64,000 nt of DNA from Podarcis liolepis (taxonomy: Eukaryota). Location: the NCBI GenBank assembly GCA_965112155.1, contig OZ218114.1. One strand, 5' to 3'. Position numbers and translations under genes: made by a program. Every line of letters begins with the position of its first letter. Within the stretch, counting starts at the first letter, position 1. This document shows positions 11,721 through 23,128 of the stretch, piece by piece. Below the pieces are notes generated by a model that ran no database searches, had not been told where the DNA came from, and saw only the letters and a list, made by a program, of their open reading frames with translations.

Positions 11721-13819
11721 ATACTCCCAAAGATGCTATTTCTATTTCAGACAGTACCTGTAGTTAAAGATGTGTGTACACGTAGAAATACAGCTTGGGT
11801 GGGTCCAACATGAAGTCCTTGTCAGAGTGCTCTACTCCCACCCAGCACATGCAGACAGGGGCACTTGCTTGGAAATATGAAAGAGATACTTATTCCGGCA
11901 GCCTCAGCAGCAGACCCAGTGCTCAGAAGTTAGAGAGCAGGGCAAGAGGTTTGTAACAGCGTAGAAGTGATGAAGATGCCCCAACAGGTTTTCCCACCCT
12001 TCCCACCAAGCTTCCAAAGATGGGGCAGGATGTGCTTGTTCACAAGACTCATTTGTCTTGTGGGAATAGTGTGAACGCTAGTGCACACTCTGAGCCTTCT
12101 GTTCAGCCTCCCCTCTTAGCCGATCAAAGCCCTCTCCAGCCTCCACTGAGGCTTCCAGCTCCATCGGAAGGTCAGGGGAGAGCTGGCATCCTTGCTGCCT
12201 CTTCCAAAGTGACTGAATTTGCAGTACAGATAGGGTACTCCCCCCTCCCTCCAACCCAGGACCCCCTAGTTCACCCCCCACCACCAGAGCCTGCCAGCTG
12301 AATCTTGACAGCACTGTGGAGGTCATGGCAAAGAGTCAGCATTGACCCTTCTGGTTACATCTCCCCTTAGGGGTGCTCCTCTACTCAGACGGCTGGAGTG
12401 AAAGCCTTGACTTGGCCTTGTCGGTTCAATGCCAGGTCAAAGCTCTTCTCCTGCTTGGAGCGCACAGACTCCTCCCATCTGCCTCTTCGGGCACCAGTGT
12501 TTCCAGTTCGCCACCCATGGAAGTTGGACCTGCTACACTCCAGGCTCTAGCTCCAGCTCACGAGGCCCGGGCAAAGCCTCTGGCTGATGAGAGACAGCAG
12601 GAGCACTGGTTGTTTCAAGTGCTTCCACCCTTCAGCCCAGCCCAGCCCCAGCAGAGGGCAGGAAATAGTGGCAGCAATTTGTGCACTACTTAATTGGACA
12701 GTCCTGTTGGGGCTTTACCTCCCCGAGCTGCCACTGAACTTAAATTTTATAATTGCTCTCAAATCCTCCCTGTGTTAAATAACTTTTTTTAAAAAGACCT
12801 AATGTGAGATGAATATTTTAACAGTGCTAATAATGAAGAAGAGAAAACAACCACCCTGGCCTAAAAACCACAAATGAGAAAGTGATGTAGTTATAAAGTA
12901 TGCATGTGCTGTGAGGGCAAGTGATAAGCAGCCTCAGTTTTTCCCCTTGCATTATGGAGGTGGCAAGGCAGGAAGCCCTCTCTGAGCAGAGTTAACACAA
13001 CGCAGCACACCCTGCCTCTCTTTCCTCAACATAACCCAGTGCTGTTCTTTTATAAACTCTGGTGCTGGACTGACACGTTGCAAAGTGCCCAGGCTTGCAC
13101 TTAATGCGTTAAGAGAGGTACAATGGGCTTATTATGCGTTTCCAGCAACTGAGGGTGGTCTGTAAAATTAATGATTGTGGCGGCTGCAAATTAAGCGAGC
13201 TCCCTAATATGTACTGTTGTTGATCCTCCGAGATTGGTGTGTTTAACATTCCTCAGCGGGAGACTAAATCTTTGTAGCCATTTCACAAGTGATGCTGGCG
13301 CCCACCGCAGAAATGTATGCAGCGCTATTTTATGAGACCCTTTTTGGATTCCAGGATTCTTCTGCTCTGGCTGGCAAAGCTCCACAACCAGCCCAGCAGT
13401 CTCTGTGAAACGTGCTTGTCCAGCCATACGTGGCAGGTGTATTGTGGTGCCTTTCTAGGGATGCTTTGAACATTATTAGGCTGCCTGGATGTGCTAGCTA
13501 ACTAGGGCTGGGGCGTCTCTCCCACTTGATCAGACCCTTTTGCCTGAGTGTTCTGGCCAAATGCTTGGTGGGGGGATCCTGGTGTGGTTTTTCAGTGTTT
13601 GTTTTGAATGTTTGAGCAACCTAATTCTTCCCTATCGTCGCACACCATGCCAGTTCTCCTGCTTCCTCAAGAAAGGAAAGATCTAGATCTGAGAAATTCT
13701 AAGCTTCCCCAAAGCTTAGAAATCTAGAACCCCCCAAAGAACTGGGAAATCATTTGGGAAATCTAGGACTTCCTGAAGAAATGTGACCAAGATAACTTGA
13801 CTTGTTGGAAAGGATTTGA

Positions 13820-14173
<354 letters not shown>

Positions 14174-14992
14174 TGAACATAAATGTTTGGGGGATGGTTT
14201 AGATAAGGAAATAATAATGATATTTAGAGACGGAATGCCATCTGTAAAAGCCAGTTCTCCATAACCTTTTGCACTGTAGCATGACCAAGAAACAGAACTC
14301 TAGATGGGGCTTTGTAGATGAGCGGGTAAAGTAGATAGCAGCAGGCTTTATTCTCAGCCCCTGTGGTCACCAGGATTTACAGGGGCAGGTTAAGATTCTG
14401 GTGTCCCCAGGCCTGCCTTTTTTGTGTTGGATCATGATCTCCGCTAGAATCTTCTTGATAAGCATCAAACATGTGCAGCATCTAGGCCTCAATAAATCTG
14501 TTGTTCTCATTTGTCTTTCAGGATTTAGCTGACCTGTTTTTAACTTCTTGCAGTTGCCATTTTTCAGTGTTTGAATATTAAGGCCCAGCTTAAATGTATT
14601 AATTTATATGTGAATCTTTTCCAGCCACTGCCTGTATGCTTCGTACGCATTTAGAGGGAATGCTTAGCGCTGTGCCATTTTCTGTCAGTTTAATATGTGA
14701 CTCTACGTGGGCATTTGCTGCCTTCACTTTACTTTGTTTATCCCTAGGGTAGAGTGCTGATATTGAAGCAATGTAGGTTAGTTATTTAAGTGGACGGGCC
14801 AACTGTTAATGGTGTCCCTTGTAGATAGAAACACTGTAATTACAAGCAGCGAGCGCTCACCTCTTCAAATGCTTCAGGTTGTGTGTGTTCCCATTTGGAC
14901 TTTGCAGCAAACAGCGTCCTGAAATGGGAATGAGACGTTGTTCTCTCTAAAACTGTTTTCCTTATACACTACACCTGTGGTTAAAATTGTGG

Positions 14993-15114
14993 AATCATAG
15001 AAGGGACCATGAGGGTGCTAGAGTCCAACCCCCTGCAATGCAGGAATCTTTTGCCCAACATGGGACTCGAACCCATGACCCGGAGATTAAGAGTCTCATG
15101 CTCTACTGACTGAG
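14993..15114 (-). mobile_element. tRNA-Lys(CTT)-derived SINE with CR1-like tail (Squam3-like)
   Basis: 15053-15114 is the reverse complement of most of tRNA-Lys-CTT with CpG decay and no 5' acceptor strand. It is fused to a CR1 3' end (gggggttggactctagcaccctcatggtcccttctatgatt). Confidence 0.75.
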
Positions 15115-16728
15115 GTTACTATGGCAGTACCTAATTCTGGGCATTATGGCTTTGAGAGCTATCAGTTGTGAAGGTGGCTGCCATTTTTTATTATTTTTAC
15201 CTGCATCCTAATATTGAAGAGTGGATAATATGTTTTGTAGCTTTTCTATATTGCTGTTTTGCTCACAGGAAAGACTCACTGAAACTTTCTGCAGTGTATG
15301 TGTTTGTATGTCTGTATAAAACAGGAAATAAGCAGCATTTAGCTGAAAAGATATGCATTGGTCAAACAGTTTTTGTGCACTAATTGCTGCCTGATTGAAC
15401 TTCCGCTGGTGAGGAAAATGAGCGATGGGGAGGATTATATCCCTTCTGCTGTGGAGTTTCACATAAAGGGGGGCTAGTACCAAAGAGACCCTGCCATTTA
15501 TTCTGGCAGATGTCTCCATGAAAATAGAGAACGTAGAGAAAGCCTTCATTAGTTGTTCTTAATACTTAGAATGGTAAAGAATTCTTTCTTTCTTTTTTAA
15601 GGAGAAGGTGCCCCCTCAGGTTGCTATTGATGTTTATTGTGAGACATAGCACATGCACACAATTGCCCAGCCCAGCCCACAGTTTCCCTGGTCAAAAGAA
15701 TAAGAATAATAACAACAAAAGTACCCTGAAATATAATGCAGGTACAAGTGTTGTTGGTTTACAATACCTATGTTAGTCCCCAGCTTTGGAGTCAAGCACA
15801 CTAGCAGGAAAGAGGAAGCAACTGAGTTTACCAGCTCACTGCTTGCAGAAGAAATACACTTGGCATTGTATCCAGCTAAGTTGTATGCAGAGTACAACTC
15901 CCTGAAATTAATAGACCCAATTTATTCACTCCCATTGTTTTCTACTCTGAGTTGGATCAGCCTTAGATGCAATCCTCTGGATATAGACTACATGGTCACC
16001 CCTTGTATCTCCTCCAAAACGAAGAAGCATAAGTGTTGGCACACTGAATCTTGGCACAATCCAGGAGGGGCCAGGAGAAACTTTGATCCCCCTGGTGGTA
16101 GTCCATAGCATCCTAGGGAATCCCACATCACGTTTTGCTGCTACTTCTTGTGCTCCTTGCTGCCACTGCACAGTTCACCCATATCTGCAGCCTGGCTTCC
16201 CCCTGTTCCCTGCGCCTCTCACCCACTTCAGCCCTCTTGTATCAGCAGATACATCTTACCCTTGGGCAGGGCAACATTCAGGGCTGCTAAGAAAAACTTG
16301 CCAGCTTCTAATTCTGTATATTTTAAGCACTCTAGGGAGGAGGCTCTGTTTGAGTGGCCGTGAGCTGGTCAGGGACTCTCGTCCAATAATTAAGCACATT
16401 CTTTGCATGGGGAAGGTTTCATGTTTTTGTCCCCAGAATCTCCAGCTAGGGTTGTGGGGGGGATTCCTCTGAAATCCTAGAGGTCCCTGTGGACAGGCCA
16501 TGGTGTGACTGTGTTTCAGACAATTTCCTGATCCTCATCTCTGATCACCCTAGAGCTTAATGTAGGGCGATGAGGTGTCTTGCCGGCGATTCCGCCCTGC
16601 AGTCAGGTTAGAGAAACCTTCACTCCGCTTCCCGGCAGCGTCCATTGATCCTGCTTAACCTTAAACATTTAAAGTTCAATTTACCATTTAGGGAGTAAAA
16701 GGTATCCAAAGGGACTTGTGGCCATTGA

Positions 16729-17010
<282 letters not shown>

Positions 17011-18162
17011 TAAGTTAACGAGTGCAGGTGGGGCATTTCTGTATTCCCCGCCCCCAATCTTTCCCTTTTGAAAGAAGAGCATATTGGGAAAGAAGAGCAC
17101 TAAGCACTGGGCAGGATGGTGGTGAATGCAGTGGTAGTGCTTGTTTTAATATTGTATTTATCATCAATGACCATCCTTCATGTAAAAGGTAAAGCAACAC
17201 AGCTAAATCTACAAATACAAATAAAACACAGCAGTTAAGAAGACCATTGAGATCATGGGCAGCATAAAAACAGCCAGTAAATTTTTAAAAATCCATTTTA
17301 AAAGCCCGGGAAAATAGAAGGACTGCTCTGATCATGTATGTGAAGCGCTTGAAAGTTCTTAAATTGCTCCAGAAATGTGAAGCATGCATATTATCTATAT
17401 TAATAAGGCTGTCTAGTGATAAGGGGTTTTGATACCGACCCTGTACTGCTCACCCTTTGGTCCAAAGGTAGCACACTAGAGAGCATGCACATGAAAACAA
17501 CCGTCCATGGTTGGGGAAGTGTTATTTTTTGGAAAGGAGCCATTTTTTTCATCTTTTGGGGCACAAACTTGTTCTGTGTTAAGAGATCAGTCAGGTGCAT
17601 GTATTTAAAGCGGGGGTGGGGAACCTATGTCCCACAGTCCAATCTTGATCATTAAATGATTCATTGATTGCATTTATAATTGCTGATTTGCTCATAAGCT
17701 CCCAAATAAGTCTCTTCTGAAAAAGAAAGGGACCACCAAATGCCAAATGTGCAAGAATTTTTAAACTGCCTGGCACTTTTTCCACATTGACTTGTCTGCA
17801 TTGGGGCTATGATGTCCATCACTGAACATCAGATTGCTCCATTGATGAGTGGGGAGGGTTGATAATCCAACCTGCACAGATCAGCTGAATGGCTCACAGG
17901 GGGAGGGTCTCACTTTTGGTCTCACCCATTGCTGGTATGCAGTTCCCAGAGAGCTGGCCAACGAGCCCTCAAACCAAAAAAGGTTAGCTATCCTTGTTTT
18001 ATGGAATGCACTCAGAGGAGCTTGCTTCTGTTGAAATTAGACAGTGGAAGAACTCCTCGGATTCAACCCTGTGTAAGATGCATTTTTATGTTTCTATTTT
18101 ATGTTACATGGAGATGAATATATTTTAAGTTGCCTTTTGTTTCCTTGGCTTTCTCCTTACAG

Positions 18163-18239
18163 AATGTTGCAAGAGACGCAGGTTTCGACAGCCTCAAAGC
18201 TGGAGGAGGCTGAACACAAAGTGCAGGCGTTGCAAACAG
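18163..18239 (+). CDS. CUX1: CUX1/CASP exon 7 ([25 protein letters not shown])
   Basis: cttacag|AATG...ACAG|gtttgc; 77 nt. Confidence 0.96.
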
Positions 18240-19269
18240 GTTTGCTATTTGACTGATTCAAACGGAGAAGGGGGAGGTACTTTGGGTTCATCAAAACATT
18301 GGCCACCTCCTCTCTTTGTACCGGAGCAGATGCAAGGCTACCAGTTTCCGAACCATAGTTAGGAGACCTCAAGCCTGCCATACATGACCTCACTCCCACT
18401 CACCTCCACTACCTACATGGATTTCTGATGAGGAGGAACTTTGGTTCACCATAGCATCCTCACTGGTACTATGGGAATGGCTTAGAACCAAGCTTAGAAC
18501 ACAAGATGGGCCCAAAGGGGGGCACATCTATCCCAGCATCCAGTCTTCACAGTGGCCAATGATTTGCTCATGGGAAGCCATGCTCAGGCAGGATTTTCCC
18601 CTCCTACCAGACCAACTCTTCCTGTGGCCAGTTAAAGGTTGGGTCCTCAGCCCTCGACAAGCACCCTGGGATCTTTGTGGCCACCAATGGCCTTTGTTGA
18701 GGAGGGCCCTCTTATACCCCCAGACCTGGGACCAGATCAGTCTGTTGCCTATGACTCAGCTGCACCTTGATTTCTGTGCCTGATGTTCTCAGAAAGACTT
18801 AGAGATGGAGGTTACTTTCCTTCCTTTGGCCTCCACACTGAAGTTCAGTCACTTGAAGTTGTCCCTCCCTCCCTCCCTTTCCTCTGTCTCTCCTTCCCTC
18901 CCTGCCAGTAGCTTGTTCTTGACTTACCTGCTCTTGCTTCCCTGCCTGAGCTTCAGCCTGCCTGGCTTCTTTCCCATCTGAAGCCAGAGCAGGTCCCCGT
19001 TTTAACTGGCACAAATGGTTTGTGTCACAGAAGCAGATCTATAAACGGAATATAATGTGCTTAGCTAGATTCAGCGGGACAGAATCTGGAAACTTTCACT
19101 GTTCCTGAAAGAGAGAGAGTGTGTATGTGTGTGTGTTTTCTAAAGGAAAGAATTTTGAAAAGCTTTTAAGCCTTGTTTTTCTGCAATGTGATTTTGTTTG
19201 GTCAGGGAGAAAGCTTAATGCAAGATGACTTTTCAGACAGAGAACAGTTTATAGTTCAATAGTAATTGA

Positions 19270-19419
<150 letters not shown>

Positions 19420-19637
19420 TAAGACTTCTTGGCTCCTCTTTAGATATACGCCGCGTGTTTTTAGTGCTCTGCCATCTTCATGTCATTGGGTAAAGCAAAA
19501 TAGAATTTTTTAAAAACTGGGCCTTGTTCTTAGACATGATGACTTCATCTACATATTTCTTTTCTGATATAAATGGAAGTGCCTCTGCAGGGTGCAGCAG
19601 AAACACAATAATTATATGGTTCTATATGCTTGGGTTA

Positions 19638-19998
19638 GGGATGCGGGTGGCGCTGGGGTAAAACCTCAGCGCCTAGGACTTGTCGACCGTCAGGTCGGCG
19701 GTTCGAATCCCCACGGCGGGGTGCGCTCCCGTTGCTCGGTCCCAGCGCCTGCCAACCTAGCAATTCGAAAGCACCCTTGGCTGCAAGTAGATAAATAGGG
19801 ACTGCTTACTAGCGGGAAGGTAAACGGCGTTTCCATGTGCTGCGCTGGCTCACCAGATGCAGCTTGTCACGCTGGCCATGTGACCCGGAAGTGTCTTCGG
19901 ACAGCACTGGCCCCCGGCCTCTTAAGCAAGATGGGCGTGCAACCCCAAAGTCGGACACGACTGGCCCGTACGGGCAGGGGTACCTTTACCTTTACCTT
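19638..19998 (+). mobile_element. Sauria SINE, full length with 15-bp TSD
   Basis: GGG...ggttcgaatccc head and (ACCTTT)n tail; TSD tatatgcttgggtta (19623-19637) / tatatgcttggatta (19999-20013). Confidence 0.93.
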
Positions 19999-21061
19999 TA
20001 TATGCTTGGATTAGCATAGGAACAATAAAATTGGGGGGGGGGAGGCACAGGTGTAGTGGGTCTTAACATTTCAAGAGCACCATGCTTGCTCTTCCCTATG
20101 GCCCCAAATCCACACAGGGATGAAAGTAGCCAAGAGGATCTTGATGCCAGCATATGAAGTTGCTTTAAAGTGAGTCTGGCGCTCTGACACTGAGAGGTTG
20201 CCACTGCCCAAGATTTAACCCATCTTCTTGATGGAACTAATGTCACACACCCCACTTTCCAACAAGATAGGTTATTCTAAAATGAAAACCTTGTGGTGGT
20301 GGCTCCATCCAACACCATTGATTTATGGGACCAGCAGCACTAGATGCCCGTTGCTAACACAGCAAACAACTAACGGCATTCCTACAGATAACCTCAGTGA
20401 GAAAAGGGCTCAGGTTGCTCCCAAGGAGTTGGATTTGTGTCTACCATTTGTCCAATGAGGAAGTATGCCCCCAAAGATTCTTTATTGCCTATCTCTGGGG
20501 CAGTGAAGGTGTTAATGACTAGAACAGAAATGGCTTTGCAGTACGTCAACTGGGATACTAGAATCTGAAATCGACAAGATGCCATCAGTAAAGTTTTCCA
20601 TGTGTAGGCTTGAAATAAAATGCAATTAGGCCTTTATGTGCAGAACAAGGATCCATTGATGACTACAGCTGGTCTTTGTTTTCATCTGTCACTGAGTGTG
20701 GGAGGTAGAAAGTGCTCCTCTTCATGTTTATTAATGCAGGATTCCTGAGACAAATGGCAAGCACAGTTTAATGTTTGTTGGGACATGGTGGGGCTTGCCA
20801 AAACAGTTGTGTAAGAGGATTTCAAGGTTTTCAGATTGCGGCTCTTCCTAGGTTAAATAAATGGATGGCAGGCCTGCCTGTTTCTCTTCAAGAGGCAAGC
20901 CAAACAGGAGAGGCCTGAGAGAAGCAGCAGCAGCAATAAATGGGGAGCACTTGGAGGAACTGGGCAAGAGGAGGCAAGACTTGGCAGTGAATGAAGGGTG
21001 AAGGAGGAGACAGGACAAGGAGAGACATGGTTGTTCTGCCAGGATGGTTGAAGGGAGGAAC

Positions 21062-21260
21062 CCCAGCTCAGTGAGAGAGCCCCTGCTTTTGCATGTAGAA
21101 GATCCCAGGTCCAGTCCCCAGCACCTCTAGTTTTAAAAAGGGTCAGTGGGAAAAGACCTGTTAACTCTGTCCAAGACCCTGGAAAGATGCAATCAGAGTA
21201 GACAGTATTGGAGTAGATAGGCAAATAGCCTGGCCTGGTAGACAGCATCTCCCTTTGTTC
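21062..21260 (+). mobile_element. tRNA-derived squamate SINE (degenerate)
   Basis: agctcagtg...gcatgtagaagatcccaggtccagtcccc head; related copies at ~49281-49430 (+) and ~50485-50662 (-). Confidence 0.55.
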
Positions 21261-22594
21261 CTTTGAGGTCTGGTTCAGACCTGCATGTTGGGGACATGGC
21301 CCTGTATGTGCAAGGTCCAGGGCTTGAGAAGATGGCCATTCAGCCCTGCATTCTATATGAGTCATATTGCAGTTTTCTGGCAGCAATGGGGCAGACACAT
21401 TTCTGAAATCTGAATTTGTGGTTAACCACCAGGATGAATGTTTTACCCAGCCTCAGTGGAAGAATGAGACGCAATGGGTCTAGGTTGTATTGAAGCATGT
21501 TAGGTGCGATTTTGGGAAACTTCCTGTGCATTAGAAATGGTGAATCAAGTTTCTTGGGGACTCTGACACACTGTTCATGCAGTTTTTTAAAAGGAGTTGC
21601 TTGGGTAGCACTGTCGCCTATATGTGCATTATTTTAAATTTCCGGTGGGATTTATGCAATAGCCACTTTACCTTACGAATTTGCACATGTCTCTTAAAAT
21701 GTAGGTGCTATGGGACTGGGACTTAAAGAAAGTAGATAGACTGGGGTGGGGAAATTCTTCTAGCCTCTGGGTAAGATCAGAATATTATCATTTGAATGTG
21801 AACCAAATTTTATAAATGGACAAAGTTGCATATCTGTCAGTCAACTGACATCACACTTTGAAGTCCCAATTGTTGGGACTTCAAAGTCAGTACAATGTTT
21901 AAACACCCTTTTGCTGCTTGTGTAGAAGAGGGTGCTGAGAGTCCCCCCCCTCCCCCCCGGAGTGGTGAGTCATCCAAATCCAGCCCTGGAACCCTGATCA
22001 TGATATTCCTTGTCCTTACAGTTGATATTGTAGGTGAATGTTTAGCTTCACCAGCTCAGGTTAGGCATCACAGCCATAGCATCATTTGACCATTGTTTGT
22101 GGACCTCAGGCTTGTACAGCCCAGAATGGGAAACTGCAGTTTAAACTAGGTTTCCCAGACTGATCTGGAGGCAAGCTAGTTTGCACTAGACATGCCTTTA
22201 CCAATCTGCAAATCTTGGCAAACTCTAGTTGTTGCAGACTTGAAAGCAAGAAATGGAATTGGAGTGCATGAAGGGAAGAAGGAGCTTGGAAGCCCATCTG
22301 TGATAAGAAACCATTGTTTGGTGATGAGTCTGAAATGGGCACTGTGATTAAAATTAGGTAGGACAACAAAGGGACAGATACTTTGGCTTTGTGGGAAAAG
22401 CAGGGTTCTCTACCATCGTTTCTGCTGCTTTTGTCTCACAGTCTTCACCAACAGCATGGCTGTTGGCCAGGGATGATGCAGTCCAAAACATCTGGAGAGT
22501 ACCAGGTTGGGGAAGGATGCTATACTGTAGTGGCTCTGTCTATAGCTGTGTTGTTAATGATGTAATCACTCACCTCAGTGTTGTAAAGTTGACT

Positions 22595-23128
22595 GAGAGC
22601 CAGTGTTGGACTAGGACTTGGGAGACCAGGGTTCAAATCCCCACTAAGCCATGCAGCTCCTTGGGTGACTCATGGGCCAGTCACTGCCTCTCAGCCTGAC
22701 CCACCTCCCAGTACAATGGTGCCTCGCAAGACGAAAAGAATCCGTTCTGTGATTCTCTTCGTCTAGCGGTTTTTTCGTCTTGCGAAGCAAGCCCATTGAC
22801 GGATTAGCGCTATTAGCGCTATTAGCGGCTTTTAGCGGCTTATCTGCTGATCGGATCAGCTGATAAGCGGCTTAGCGGCTTAGAAAAAGGGGGGAGGGGG
22901 AAAAACCCGCAGGAACTCGCAAGGCATTGTCGTCTTGCGAAGCAAGCCCATAGGAAATTTGTTTTGCGAAGCATCTCCAAAACGGAAAACTCTTTCGCCT
23001 AGCGGGTTTTCCATCTTGCGAGGCATTCGTCTTGCCGGGCACCAGTGTATTGCTATGAGGATAAAACAGGGTATATGGGAACCATGTATACCACCTTGAG
23101 CTCATTGGAGGAAAGGTGGGATATAAAT
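22595..23128 (+). mobile_element. MIR/CORE-like tRNA SINE interrupted by a MITE
   Basis: ggagaccagggttcaaatcccc head; the body resumes after 23049 (gaggataaaa...ttggaggaaaggtgggatataaat); antisense copies at ~40008-40187 and ~53760-53925. Confidence 0.7.
22714..23047. mobile_element. Tc1/mariner (pogo/Tigger-like) MITE
   Basis: TA TSDs; imperfect TIRs CAATGGTGCCTCGCAAGACGAA / TTCGTCTTGCCGGGCACCAGTG; internal TTAGCG repeats. Confidence 0.85.

Noticed and set aside
15053-15114. Possible tRNA-Lys(CTT) gene
   Set aside because: The 5' acceptor strand is missing, CpGs have decayed and it is fused to a CR1 tail, so it is a SINE.
16085-16100. Second CTCF-like motif (also ~32138-32155)
   Set aside because: Mismatches at informative core positions; matches of this quality are expected by chance.
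22800-22880. TTAGCG repeats resembling telomeric or CRISPR-like arrays
   Set aside because: They are internal to a TA-flanked MITE, have no spacer structure, and lie in a vertebrate genome.
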